The notes beneath the pieces were generated by a model. It had not been told where the DNA came from. It ran no database searches and saw only the letters and a list, made by a program, of their open reading frames with translations. A stretch of 63,652 nucleotides of DNA, the filler included, from Octopus bimaculoides (lineage: Eukaryota), in NCBI RefSeq assembly GCF_001194135.2. It is 8 parts of 6 records of this genome, joined end to end, with 100 filler letters (N's around TTAATTAATTAA, not from the genome) between each part and the next. Parts side by side here need not be neighbours in the genome. Positions count along the whole stretch, not along the records: positions 1 to 23,485 come from NC_068985.1; positions 23,586 to 36,005 come from NC_068983.1; positions 36,106 to 48,481 come from NC_068989.1; 5 more parts are not named here. One strand, given 5' to 3'. Shown one piece after another: positions 23,183 through 36,805 of the stretch; the first letter of the stretch is position 1; each line of letters opens with the position of its first letter. The translations under genes were made by a program, and so were the position numbers.

Positions 23183-23485
23183 CATCATCATCGTCGTCGT
23201 TTAACGTCCGCTTTCCATGCTAGCATGGGTTGGACGATTTCACTGAGGATTGGTGAAACCAGATGGCTACACCAGGCTCCAATCTGATTTTGGCAGAGTT
23301 TCTACAGCTGGATGCCCTTCCTAACGCCAACCACTCAGAGAGTGTAGTGGGTTCTTTTACGTGCCACCAGCACGAAGGCCAGTCAGGTGGTACTGGCAAC
23401 GGCCATGCTCAAAATGGTGTATTTTATGTGCCACCTGCACAAGAACCAGTCCAGCGGCACTGGCAACAATCTCGCTCGAAAGTCC
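23183..23485 (-). mobile_element. RTE LINE 3' end fragment (truncated by gap)
   Basis: catcatcatcgtcgtcgtttaacgtccgctttccatgctagcatggg... Confidence 0.85.
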
Positions 23486-24054
23486 NNNNNNNNNNNNNNN
23501 NNNNNNNNNNNNNNNNNNNNNNNNNNNNNTTAATTAATTAANNNNNNNNNNNNNNNNNNNNNNNNNNNNNNNNNNNNNNNNNNNNTATATATACATGTGT
23601 GAGTGTTTGTGTGTGTTACTCAACGATTTAGATATAGACACACAAACATACGCACACATTCACATACACATATATTATTGTTGATCAGTTTGTAAGAAAC
23701 AACAAAATACTCATATTTACTGAAGGTTGGGATTCAATACATTTTCTAAACCAACAGGTTACATTTATTGCTACCAATCTACATGGCTCCGGATTCTGTC
23801 CCACGATGTGGCACTTGAGGAAGTATTTTCTACTATAACATTGGGATGACCAAAGACTTGTGAGATTTGTAAGATGGAAACTGAAAGAAACCCGACATCT
23901 GTAGGTAATGACTTGGAAAGATGTGATTAACTGTATAATAAAACCTAGATATGCAAATCTCTGTTCTAATTTATCAATTGATACGTACATACATACATAC
24001 ATACATACATACATACATACATACATACATGCATGCATACATACATACATACAT

Positions 24055-24104
<50 letters not shown>

Positions 24105-24199
24105 GTTATATTGCCAGTTTAGCCAATAAAAACACACGCACTGTATATTTGGTGTTAATTTGCTTCAGCTTTATATTACATTAATCTTAATCTTATTTC

Positions 24200-24244
24200 G
24201 GCCAGAGTTCTTTCGTCACACTTCTGTGACCTCATCAGTGGTCC
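24200..24244 (-). ncRNA. Compact type I hammerhead-like motif
   Basis: GGACCA-CTGATGA-GGTCACA-GAAG-TGTGAC-GAAA-GAAC-TC-TGGCC. Confidence 0.6.
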
Positions 24245-25100
24245 TTTGTTTCCTTCCTTCTTATGTGTGTCTCACCTTGCTAACTATCAGCCATTTTGTA
24301 TTTTGTATTCCTATTGTATNNNNNNNNNNNNNNNNNNNNNNNNNNNNNNNNNNNNNNNNNNNNNNNNNNNNNNNNNNNNNNNNNNNNNNNNNNNNNNNNN
24401 NNNNNNNNNNNNNNNNNNNNNNNNNNNNNNNNNNNNNNNNNNNNNNNNNNNNNNNNNNNNNNNNNNNNNNNNNNNNNNNNNNNNNNNNNNNNNNNNNNNN
24501 NNNNNNNNNNNNNNNNNNNNNNNNNNNNNNNNNNNNNNNNNNNNNNNNNNNNNNNNNNNNNNNNNNNNNNNNNNNNNNNNNNNNNNNNNNNNNNNNNNNN
24601 NNNNNNNNNNNNNNNNNNNNNNNNNNNNNNNNNNNNNNNNNNNNNNNNNNNNNNNNNNNNNNNNNNNNNNNNNNNNNNNNNNNNNNNNNNNNNNNNNNNN
24701 NNNNNNNNNNNNNNNNNNNNNNNNNNNNNNNNNNNNNNNNNNNNNNNNNNNNNNNNNNNNNNNNNNNNNNNNNNNNNNNNNNNNNNNNNNNNNNNNNNNN
24801 NNNNNNNNNNNNNNNNNNNNNNNNNNNNNNNNNNNNNNNNNNNNNNNNNNNNNNNNNNNNNNNNNNNNNNNNNNNNNNNNNNNNNNNNNNNNNNNNNNNN
24901 NNNNNNNNNNNNNNNNNNNNNNNNNNNNNNNNNNNNNNNNNNNNNNNNNNNNNNNNNNNNNNNNNNNNNNNNNNNNNNNNNNNNNNNNNNNNNNNNNNNN
25001 NNNNNNNNNNNNNNNNNNNNNNNNNNNNNNNNNNNNNNNNNNNNNNNNNNNNNNNNNNNNNNNNNNNNNNNNNNNNNNNNNNNNNNNNNNNNNNNNNNNN

Positions 25101-25168
<68 letters not shown>

Positions 25169-25180
25169 TGTGTATGTATA

Positions 25181-25345
25181 CATGATGGATTTTTTTCAAT
25201 TCCCGTCTACCAAATCTCCCAACAAGGCTTTGGTCGGCCCGAAGCTATAGTAGAAGACACTTGTCCGAGGTGCCAAGCTGTAGGACTGAACTTGGAACCA
25301 TGTAGTTGGAAAGCAAGCCTCACCATCATGACTTGCACTACAACC
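25181..25345 (-). mobile_element. SINE family S1, 5' half
   Basis: aaggctttggtcggcccgaagctatagtagaagacacttgtccgaggtgcc. Confidence 0.8.
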
Positions 25346-25576
25346 TAAATACCATCCGATACTTGAGGACAATATCTCAATAGATACTATATAAAGCCAA
25401 AAGGCGGTGTCCCAACATGGCGGCTGTAGTCCAATGACTGAAACATGTAAGAGAAAGAAAACGAGAGTCTACAAGTTGTTATACAACTTTCTATATAAAA
25501 TAAACTTTACAAACAAACTTTTTAAAACATGAAAAAGGCAAAACTTACGGAGCCGACACGTCTACCGTCTGTCCAT

Positions 25577-25644
<68 letters not shown>

Positions 25645-25777
25645 CTATGTATATCTACATACATGTAAAGCGTGTGTGTTACAGTAAGTTTTTAACTATT
25701 TTTCTAACGCGACTCTCTCTATTTCTATCTCCCCCTCTCATTCTTCCCTCTACTGTTCTTCGCCTCTACCTGTCACT

Positions 25778-25817
<40 letters not shown>

Positions 25818-26498
25818 NNNNNNNNNNNNNNNNNNNNNNNNNNNNNNNNNNNNNNNNNNNNNNNNNNNNNNNNNNNNNNNNNNNNNNNNNNNNNNNNNNN
25901 NNNNNNNNNNNNNNNNNNNNNNNNNNNNNNNNNNNNNNNNNNNNNNNNNNNNNNNNNNNNNNNNNNNNNNNNNNNNNNNNNNNNNNNNNNNNNNNNNNNN
26001 NNNNNNNNNNNNNNNNNNNNNNNNNNNNNNNNNNNNNNNNNNNNNNNNNNNNNNNNNNNNNNNNNNNNNNNNNNNNNNNNNNNNNNNNNNNNNNNNNNNN
26101 NNNNNNNNNNNNNNNNNNNNNNNNNNNNNNNNNNNNNNNNNNNNNNNNNNNNNNNNNNNNNNNNNNNNNNNNNNNNNNNNNNNNNNNNNNNNNNNNNNNN
26201 NNNNNNNNNNNNNNNNNNNNNNNNNNNNNNNNNNNNNNNNNNNNNNNNNNNNNNNNNNNNNNNNNNNNNNNNNNNNNNNNNNNNNNNNNNNNNNNNNNNN
26301 NNNNNNNNNNNNNNNNNNNNNNNNNNNNNNNNNNNNNNNNNNNNNNNNNNNNNNNNNNNNNNNNNNNNNNNNNNNNNNNNNNNNNNNNNNNNNNNNNNNN
26401 NNNNNNNNNNNNNNNNNNNNNNNNNNNNNNNNNNNNNNNNNNNNNNCACACATATATGCAAACACGCAACACACATATATTTATGTAGGTATCATAGT

Positions 26499-26903
26499 TG
26501 CAGGAGTGGTTGTGTGGTAAGTAGCTTGCTTACCAACCGCATGGTTCTGGGTTCGTTCCCACTGCATGGCACCTTGGGCAAGTGTCTTCTACTATAGCCT
26601 CGAGCCGACCAAAGCCTTGTGAGTGGATTTGTTAGACGCAAACTGAAAGAAGCCTGTCGTATATATGCATATATATATATGTGTGTGTATATGTTTGTGT
26701 CTGTGTTTGTCCCCTCACCATCGCTTGACAACCGATGGTGGTGTGTTTACGTCCCCGTAACTTAGCAGTTCGGCAAAAGAGACCGATAGAATAAGTACTA
26801 GGCTTCCAAAGAATAGGTCCTGGGGTCGATTTGCTCGACTAAAGGCGGTGCTCCAGCATCGCCGCAATCAAATGACTGAAACAAGTAAAAAAGTAAAAGA
26901 GTA
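26499..26903 (+). mobile_element. SINE family S1, full length (tRNA head, CORE-like ccttgggcaagtg box, internal TA/TG tract, AAAAGAGT tail)
   Basis: A and B boxes present; >15 related copies in the window; resembles the octopus tRNA-derived OK/OR1/OR2 SINE class (exact family not verified). Confidence 0.9.
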
Positions 26904-27010
26904 ATCGATAAATAGATAGATAAACATGTTTATATTTGCTTATTGACATATACATCTAGTCATAGATATATTTACAGAGAGAGATATATACTTAGATAGA
27001 TCGATCAATC

Positions 27011-27061
<51 letters not shown>

Positions 27062-27091
27062 TGATAGATAGATAGATAGATAGATGCATAC

Positions 27092-27122
<31 letters not shown>

Positions 27123-28559
27123 NNNNNNNNNNNNNNNNNNNNNNNNNNNNNNNNNNNNNNNNNNNNNNNNNNNNNNNNNNNNNNNNNNNNNNNNNNNNNN
27201 NNNNNNNNNNNNNNNNNNNNNNNNNNNNNNNNNNNNNNNNNNNNNNNNNNNNNNNNNNNNNNNNNNNNNNNNNNNNNNNNNNNNNNNNNNNNNNNNNNNN
27301 NNNNNNNNNNNNNNNNNNNNNNNNNNNNNNNNNNNNNNNNNNNNNNNNNNNNNNNNNNNNNNNNNNNNNNNNNNNNNNNNNNNNNNNNNNNNNNNNNNNN
27401 NNNNNNNNNNNNNNNNNNNNNNNNNNNNNNNNNNNNNNNNNNNNNNNNNNNNNNNNNNNNNNNNNNNNNNNNNNNNNNNNNNNNNNNNNNNNNNNNNNNN
27501 NNNNNNNNNNNNNNNNNNNNNNNNNNNNNNNNNNNNNNNNNNNNNNNNNNNNNNNNNNNNNNNNNNNNNNNNNNNNNNNNNNNNNNNNNNNNNNNNNNNN
27601 NNNNNNNNNNNNNNNNNNNNNNNNNNNNNNNNNNNNNNNNNNNNNNNNNNNNNNNNNNNNNNNNNNNNNNNNNNNNNNNNNNNNNNNNNNNNNNNNNNNN
27701 NNNNNNNNNNNNNNNNNNNNNNNNNNNNNNNNNNNNNNNNNNNNNNNNNNNNNNNNNNNNNNNNNNNNNNNNNNNNNNNNNNNNNNNNNNNNNNNNNNNN
27801 NNNNNNNNNNNNNNNNNNNNNNNNNNNNNNNNNNNNNNNNNNNNNNNNNNNNNNNNNNNNNNNNNNNNNNNNNNNNNNNNNNNNNNNNNNNNNNNNNNNN
27901 NNNNNNNNNNNNNNNNNTATATATAAATGTATGTATGTATATATATAAGTATGTATATCTGCAATATAGACGTACTTTTTGTATTCCTATTATGTGTATA
28001 TTGTGTATGCGCGCGCGTGTACTTGTGTGTGTGTGTATGTGTGTGTAAATGTGCTATTTTGAACAACCTTTACAGGCTGAAACAATTTCAATTACTGTAG
28101 CAATATATTAGAATACAAGGAGGGAGTGAATTATATTTTGGTAACGATTATCGATAAGACAATAATTGAGAAAATGAGAAGGAACAGTAGAGGAGAAAAA
28201 AGTCACGCCAAGAATCTACATGTGTGCACGTGTGATTACTTATACACACGCACACACAAACACTCGCGCGCGTGCACACACACATACATACACCTATATT
28301 ATACATATACACTTAACATATATTACATATACACATACTCAAGCACACACACACACACACACACATACACACACAGACATATATAGTATGAAGATGGTGC
28401 AAATAGTGTATATGTACGTTAATACCTGCCGATTTTTCCTCTTTTTTCCAGTGCGAATTAATAAACCTTTTGTAGGCACCCATTTCTTAACTCTATCATC
28501 ATGTTTTAATAAGGAATTATAATATCATGAATGAAACCTCTATTTTATTTGCTTTGTAG

Positions 28560-28633
28560 GGCTATGTTGCAGGATGTGTGGTAGAGCGCATGACCATTTC
28601 ACGTGTGCCAAGTATAGTAACAAGAAGCAATGA
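28560..28633 (+). CDS. Candidate terminal exon encoding a CCHC knuckle (LCCRMCGRAHDHFTCAKYSNKKQ*)
   Basis: Strong acceptor tattttatttgctttgtag; phase-1 frame gives C-x2-C-x3-H-x4-C then TGA. Confidence 0.4.
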
Positions 28634-30102
28634 AGTTCTTGCGAAACTGGAGATCTTGCTCAAATGCATAAAGATTTATTTGTGTGTGTCTGTGAGTGTA
28701 TATGTGGTTGTGCTTTTTTATGTGAATACATAGATGCATGCATCTGTACTTACTTGCGACTGTGTATTTAATGTGTGATTGTGTTTGCGTTCAGTAAGAT
28801 ATTTATTTCTTGGGAAATTGATATTAGAATCAATGTGTCTTCAGCGGATTTTCTTAAACATGCTCTAGATTATCGACTTGAATATCTAATCAAGTTATTA
28901 AAGGTTAATCCATAGCGGGTGGAAACAGAGGTTACGTATCCAAGAATTCTCTAAAATATACATATGTGCGTGTATATGTGTGTGCGTGCATGTGTGTATG
29001 TGTGTGTGTATATATTATTCCACTACTTTTATCTAAATATATGCTTAGAGCTAAGTTTAAGCAATGTATCATGCCAAAAGAATAAAAGATGCATTAATAT
29101 ATTTCGGATAAGTCCCATCGGTGCATATGAAAGAAAAATGATATATTCTCTCTAACCCTTCAGTGTATTTTTATAAATTTACGCGAGAGGTGTTGGGACA
29201 TCTATATCGATATATCTAGCTGCCTAAATATATTTCCATCTTCCAACTCCCCTGTCACTCCATCTACTTTCATAAAAAATCTGTGTAAATATACAGATTG
29301 ACGAAAAAATATCAATAGACAGAAATACTGATAAATGGATAATAATTTTTTGTCTTATTTATTTATTTATTTATTTATTTTATGTAGATGAAGACACCTT
29401 AGTGTTAGGAAAACAAATAGAGTAACGGTCAGAGTACACCAGTTGACACTTGACACCTGAATAGGAAACAGGTTAATTATATCTGTCTCGATGATGTTCT
29501 ATAGATTCTGGTCGCGTGTAGTAAACGATTGATATATTCTGCTCCTCTGATTCCTCAGTAAAATACAGTCACATCACAGATGCGTTTTCTAGTCGAAGGA
29601 ACTGTTTTTATCATTGCAAGACAACCGCTCTTAAGTGAATTCCACAACGCTACAACTACTGACAGTAGGGAATTCTAATCCCAGCTTAGTTGTTGCTGTT
29701 GCTGTTGCTGTTGTTGTTGCTAATGGTAGTAGTATTTAGCCCCATACTAATCATGATCGACCGAAGAACAAAGGGTTTTCATCCGTCAGTATTCCATCTT
29801 TTGTTCAGACATAATTTATCTAAGACTACATTATCAAATGTGACTTTCCCATTTGTTTTTGTTCTTTTTTTGTGGGGGTGTAGTTAAGACTTTGGTTTGT
29901 GGGAGACTTGGCTTCAAGTGAAGAGATCACGGAGAGTTTTTCTCGTTACTCCTCCCACCAGGTAGTTAGGTAACGTCGACCACTTAGAGCATTATCATAA
30001 TCATAGTAGCAACACTGTGTCGGAAGATGAGACCGATAACAGAATATAAACAACCACAATTACTGTTGCCTTGTGGTCTTGCACTCTTATCTTTACATTT
30101 TT

Positions 30103-30291
30103 TTACAGCAAACACAGATTATATTCAAGAAATAACCGCCATAACAAATCTGGTTTCTCATTCAGGAAAGAGTACCAATCCAGAGCTATTTTATCAAATT
30201 TGTCGTTGCTTTTGAAGACAATAGTATTGAGTTCTGAAAGAGATTTGGCTATGTTAAACTGGTCGAGCGATTGTGCAACGATTAAGGAAAT
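30103..30291 (-). CDS. Candidate exon or coding remnant (ISLIVAQSLDQFNIAKSLSELNTIVFKSNDKFDKIALDWYSFLNEKPDLLWRLFLEYNLCLL*)
   Basis: Possible acceptor cataatcaacag at 30292-30293; 62 sense codons of non-repetitive composition; the mirror plus frame is also open. Confidence 0.3.
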   Translation of the reverse strand: MSLIVAQSLDQFNIAKSLSELNTIVFKSNDKFDKIALDWYSFLNEKPDLLWRLFLEYNLCLL

Positions 30292-30713
30292 CTGTTGATT
30301 ATGATAATGCCGATTACAATCATGATCATGACGATTATGATAAACCTGATGATAATTATAATCATGGCAACGATGTTTGTAGTTCTTGTCGTGGTTTATT
30401 TTTGATAAACAATCTGGAATTTTTTAAATCAACGTCATTTGACATTTTGTGTAAAATCTCAAAAGAGGAGGGATTTTTGCATCAATATTATAGATAATTA
30501 TAGGCCCATAAATGTCACTTTTACAAAGAAAATGATATTTAATGAATGGTTTGTGTTGTCTGGATATTGAAGAAAAATAACTCTTCCATTTTTGTAATAA
30601 AGTTATATCTCTTGTGCTAACGTTATTAAAAATGGAACAGCCTTCCTGCTTTTTAAGATATGTTGCATTACAGAACCTTAATTAAAATATTGCTACCATT
30701 ATGGTACGTATTA

Positions 30714-30940
30714 AGGCGGCGAGCTGACAGAATCGTTAGAGTACCGAACAAGATGTTTTGTGGTACTGTTTCCAGATCTTTACCTTCTGGTTTCAAATCC
30801 CGTCGAGGTTGACTTTGTCTTTCATCTTTTGGAGTCGATAAAATAAAACAACAGGTGAAATAATACGGTCAATGTTATCGATTAACTCCCACTTCTTCGT
30901 AATTGCTGACTTTATGTGTGTCTAAATCAGAAACAATTAT
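30714..30940 (+). mobile_element. SINE family S2
   Basis: ggcggcgagctgacagaatcgttag...ttcaaatcccgtcgaggttgactttgtctttcatc. Confidence 0.8.
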
Positions 30941-31068
30941 TGTCCGTACTAAGATAATAATTTCACATTTCCAAGGAATATGAGTCAGCTGTGAAGAATG
31001 TTGTCTTCTTTAAATGTCTCTGTGTTGAGTGCTCTTTTCTTTCATTTGTCCACTCACTCATATGTATA

Positions 31069-31099
<31 letters not shown>

Positions 31100-33290
31100 A
31101 TGCATATATATGCACACACACTCACACACACGCATATATATATGTATATATGTACGTATATATATATATATATATATATATATCTGCCTCTTACACACTC
31201 TCTCTCTCCCCCTCTCTCTCACTTTCTACTCATCTATTTACTTGTCTATCTGTCTATCAATCTATCTATCTATCAATCTATCTTCCTATCTATTTACTTA
31301 TCTATCTATCTATCTATTTATCATTGCTCTTATCCATTGCACAAGTAAGCTAAACGACTCACAGGCATTGTTCACTTCAGTTTAACTCCATTTAAACATT
31401 TCAGAAAATACTTGAATGATAATTTTCTTACGGCCATTATTATTAAACAGTTTGCCATAAACGAAAAACATGTACAAGAGGGTCTCACAGGAACTTCAAT
31501 TACGAAAATGTTAAATTTACTAACAGTATTTCATACAGAAACATTGATTGTCAAAATTTCTTGCTCGTGGTTTGTTGTATATAATGTTACGTATAGAAAT
31601 ATAAACAGTTAAAAACAAATATGTATTTTGATCTGGCATAAAACAATGAGTTATGCACTAGTACTAGATAACCCTGAGGGGATTTACAGTACAGTACCCA
31701 AACCTTATACAAATTAACAAGAACATGTTTGAAGAAAATCATATAAAAACGAAGCAATGCTGGAAACACAGAAACATAGAAACACTACTGTACCCAGAGT
31801 TCAAACAGACGGTTAGACACTAACCGATTGAATCATAGAAGCAGTACAGTTGGTTTGGTTTCCATAGAGTATATGACCTTCTCAGATGTATCAAGCTCTG
31901 AAGCAAACGAAATAATCGTTGGTATTATAGTGAGTTTAATCCTTTAAGTAGATACTTGTTCCTACTCACTTGTATAGAATTATCTTAAGGTAAATTCGAG
32001 AATAACCTACCTCGAATATATACAGAGTTTCAGTGATCAAATTGTAAAAGTGTAACGAAAGACTCACACACAAGATATTTACTGTTGTCACAAAATAATA
32101 GTAAAATGTGCCTTTAACATATATACATGTACCAAATGTAAAATCAAGTTGACCGTCCGTCAGTTTCGATGATGAGTAATCTAGCTGTTCGGTAATCTAG
32201 TGTATTGTATCATAGTGTAAGAGATTGATTATTTCAGACAACTGTATCCTCAAAGTATTCTTCAGATAACATAATGAGTGACAAGTATAGACTTTTAAAT
32301 TATATCCATTCTTCATCTGACGGGCTTCCATACGGTTTCCATCTATCCAGTTTTACTCACAAGGCGTAAATCGGCTCGAAGTTGTGGTAAAATGCATTTT
32401 CCCAAAATACCACACAAATTCTTGATTGCTAAACCAACTTTATAACCACATGGTCATGCTTGCGTACATACTAAATGTGGAAAAAGATGGCGTAACTATT
32501 TTTCTCACTCCAAATGATTTTATATTTAAACCAAGATGATGTTCTGTTATTATAAACCCAAAGAAATTTGTTCTTTGAGACTGTATGAAGCTGGTAAAAA
32601 GTTATTGAGATTAAGTTTATTCATACTTAAACCACTTTATAGCTTAACATCTTCCATAACAATTATCTTGTGTTGCCCAAAAAATACTTATCACAGATAA
32701 TTTTTATTCCATGTCTTGTGATGTTAGTTGTTTTTTGTGTGAAGTCATCTAAATGCAACCAAAAGATGCCATAAACATGTAAACAAACTAAACTGCTTTT
32801 ATCATTATCATTACTAAGTTCTCATATAACATCGTATAAAACTTGATCCGACGGAGTATACGGTAAAATATATACAACTTTAAAATAGTTTTAATCCTAA
32901 TTTGAAAATATTTTTTCTCGTTTCTCTATGCTAAGAATAACCACTCCATTATTAAAGATTATTGACGATCTCAATGACGACCATATGAAAATATATATAA
33001 CACATTTTGGACTATCAATTGCTGTATGTATGTGGCTGCATTAAGTCTGAAAGAACACCTAAAGTTACTCGCAGTGAGCCTGTTAGAAACCTAGAAAGGT
33101 AAAGAAATAGGAAAATCTCTACAACCTGTGTCATTGAATCGATCATTTAGGTATCAGTGTAAAGTGTAAGGTAAATAAGTTCACAGCACATCAGCGACGT
33201 CTTTGGAAAAATTGACTAAAATAGAAATACTACACCTCAGACTGTAATGATAAAAATAACTAACATGAATACAAGACATTGAGTGAAATA

Positions 33291-33674
33291 TCGTGGTACT
33301 CCGTCGGTTACGACGACGAGGGTTCCAGTTGATACGATCAACGGAACAGACTACTCGTGAAATTACCGTGTAAGTGGCTGAGCACTCCACAGACACGTGT
33401 ACCCTTATTGTAGTTCTCGAGGAGATTCAGCGTGACACAGTGTGTGACAAGACTGGCCCTTTCAAATATAGCTACAACAGAAACAGGAAGAAAGAGTGAG
33501 ATAAAGCTGTGGTGAAACAGTAGAGCAAGGTTCGCCACCACCCCCTGCCAGAGCTGCGTGAAGCTTTAGGTATTATCACTCAAACACACTCACAACGCTC
33601 GGTCTGGGAATCGAAACCGCGATCCCACGACCGCGAGTCAGCTGCCCTAACCAATGGGCCATTGCGCCTATACT
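33291..33674 (-). mobile_element. tRNA-derived SINE, head H2 + tail T
   Basis: 13-bp TSD attgagtgaaata (33278-33290 / 33675-33687); ggcgcaatggcccattggttagggcagctgactcgcggtcg head. Confidence 0.9.
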
Positions 33675-33979
33675 ATTGAGTGAAATACATCGTTATCGTA
33701 GGGAAAAACAACTTCAACGAACCAACATTAACTACATGTTTATTTTTCAATCTACAAGCTGTATACCAGAGAATGAAAAATATAAACCATCTTCGTAAAA
33801 AGATTTCCTTCTCAGGAAGATTTTTAATAATTTTATGAAAGTTATGAAAAAACACGATTTCAATGAGAATACATTAGAGCCAAATACAAATAAAAACCTG
33901 CATCAACATCAGCAGTAAAACTGATGTAGTCAGGTTTAAAACTTTCAGAAAAGCTGTAGAAAATCAGCATAATGGGATG

Positions 33980-34860
33980 GCGACAGAAAGGAACTTAATA
34001 GTTGAAAAGTTGTACAAGATGTTGACATCTTACACAAAGTCGCTGATATGTAAATTTATAATAAGAACTAAGGAAAGTCAGATTGACGTATTAAATTGGT
34101 TTGTTATATCACGGATAAATCTTGTAGCTAAGGATGAAAGCATTGACTTTGCAGAAAACTATAGTCGCATTGATTATCTAAACATCGTGTATAAACTTTT
34201 ACACAAACTATCTCAACCAGGCTTAAAGATAAGAGTCGAAGTAAGAGTAACGAATATTTAAAAAATCATTGCAAGCTGTACAAGACAGTAAAGTGATTAA
34301 TCAGGAGAGTAAAAGATGAGAGTTGGGAACACACTTCTTTTCACCTGGCTGCCGAACAGCTTTCGATTAATAATGCTGTGCTGCCTGAAGGAAAAAAGGA
34401 CATTGCAAAATCTTGTGACTGTAGGATTCGATTACAGGAAGACTTTCAATCTGAACCACGTATCATGATTACTAGAGTCACCACACCTACCAAGGGTACC
34501 TGCCACCTTACCTGTTGTTACTGAAAGGCTCACAAAAGTTTGGTCCACAATCCTCACACTTAACTCACACATTGCTGAAAGCAAACTGAATGTCTCTGAT
34601 TATATAGATATTTCAAAGAGGACGTACAGATATTCTGTCTGTTCTCTTTATGTTAGCATGAATCTACTACCATTTATTTCGTAAAATTCCAGTAGCTGTG
34701 AGTCGTGACGTGTGACAGCAAGCGCCATCAATGTAAACCTCTATATGGACAATTTAAAGATCTACACAGGAAATATTTACAATACTGAGAAACAGCTAGA
34801 TTTAGTAAAATTCCAAAGTGTGAATATGCGGTTAAAAATTCTACTTGGCAAGCGCGTGGC
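33980..34860 (+). mobile_element. R4/Dong-like reverse transcriptase fragment (decayed)
   Basis: NWFVISRINLVAKD...ENYSRIDYLNIVYKLL; EQLSINNAVL; NLVTVGFDYRKTF; INVNLYMDNLKIY (~INHLLYMDDLKLY). Confidence 0.75.
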
Positions 34861-36105
34861 TTCGAGTCCATCCCTTCTGCCTGGCACCTTGGACAAGAAT
34901 CTACCAAATATCCGGGCCGATCAACGACTTGTGAATGAATGCCGTAGACAGAAACTCGGTGGAAGCCCGTGATATATATGAGAAAGAACATGTGTGTATT
35001 TGTGCTCGTGTATGTCTCTCTATGCGTGTGTATGCATGTGTGTCTGAGTGTGTGTGTGTTGGGGTGTGTGGGTGTGGTGTGGGTGTGTGTGTGTGTGGGG
35101 GGGGGGGTTTACGCAAACACACGTACAAATCTTTAAATGTACAAAATCCCATAGAAGACTTGCTTTAATTGCATTAATACAATACTCATTATCCTCATGT
35201 TTTTTCTTGAATGATTTATTTTTCATTTACATTTTATTTATTTAGCATTAATATTCATAAGTTTATAGCAATGATAGTATTTTTCTCTGCTTCATGGCCT
35301 ACATTTTGCATTCTGTTAGTTCCATTGACAGATGTGCAGTAGACTTGTTTGAATTTGTAATTTACATATTTTGCTTCGAGTATATATTCTGAATTTCAGA
35401 CATTTGACCGTTACTGTCAAAGTTTAACAATACAATACCAATGGATTACATGGGAATTAATGGAGATCTAGAAAGTAAGGCATCACTAGACTATTAAACT
35501 TTAAATATCCAAATCATTAGCAAAAATACATTCATAGCCTCCCCGGCCACGTGAGTGAACATTGTTAAATGAATGTGATTGGAAAAGCAATCACCAAATG
35601 ATATGAGCACGTGCGCGTGTGTTTGTATATAAATACATGTATGCCTGTGTATATGTACATAAATATTTTTATAGATCTTGGTTGTTGCCCGGCTCTTAGG
35701 TAGTATTGTTCGTTGCTAACCGTACTCTTGTTAGCACTCATGTTTTTCGCTTGAACGAACTTTAATGCGATGTTTTAACCCCAAGAAGACATCTCCTCTA
35801 GCTGATTAACACTGCACAGCTGCATCTGATATACTGTGAGCAGGGGAATCGAATCCTTTCCACATTCTAGCGACGGGACCAACACACAGTAATTCGAACA
35901 ACTACCATTACGGCAACTTACGGGTTCGGTGCGAGTTCAGTTCGCACTAACACACCGGGTTCGGCTTGAGATCAACGTAAAACTAACACACCCGATATAT
36001 ATATANNNNNNNNNNNNNNNNNNNNNNNNNNNNNNNNNNNNNNNNNNNNTTAATTAATTAANNNNNNNNNNNNNNNNNNNNNNNNNNNNNNNNNNNNNNN
36101 NNNNN

Positions 36106-36147
<42 letters not shown>

Positions 36148-36805
36148 TACACACGCACACACACACACACACATAGACACACATGCACACACGCACATTT
36201 GTAAATTATGAAGACATTATCTATTTGGGCCAGAACATATCTGTTTAACTAAGATTGAAGTAGCTCTTCAGATGATAAAACATTAGTCGATACGAATGCG
36301 GAACTCACCAATTGTACAAGATATTGTATTGTCCTTACAATCTTTCGCTGTTTATTTTTGATCGTGGTCTACTCATTCATATATCTATGTTTTTTATTAT
36401 ATATATTTATTTCTCTATCAATATGTCTGCTTATGATTCTTTGATGCGATTCTTCTGTTCTTCTATTCTTCTATTCTTCTATTCTTTTTTTTTTTATTAT
36501 AGTTTTTAGTTACGGAACTGGAGGTTTACGTGCTGTACTATCTAACTCGAAGGTTAAGTTGATCGAATCTATTCTAGTTCTTCTTTTCAATTTGGTGCTT
36601 ATTCTATTGAAGTCTTTTGTCGAACCGCTAGTTTACAAGGTCACAAACAATCTAGCAGCACTTGTCGAGCTTTGAGAAACAAAACACACTCACTCATACC
36701 GAGACACACACACACACACACTTACACACTCTTATACATACATATACATACATACATACATATACGCTCACATGCATACATACACACATTACGAATTACA
36801 AACTT

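Noticed and set aside
23530-23541. TTAATTAATTAA islands inside N runs (also ~36050, 48526, 52551, 56178, 58955, 62486)
   Set aside because: The identical all-frame-stop palindrome centred in gaps is a synthetic scaffolding spacer, not biology
29560-29640. Possible C/D snoRNA on - (ATGATA...CTGA)
   Set aside because: Imperfect C box, weak terminal stem and no recognisable rRNA complementarity
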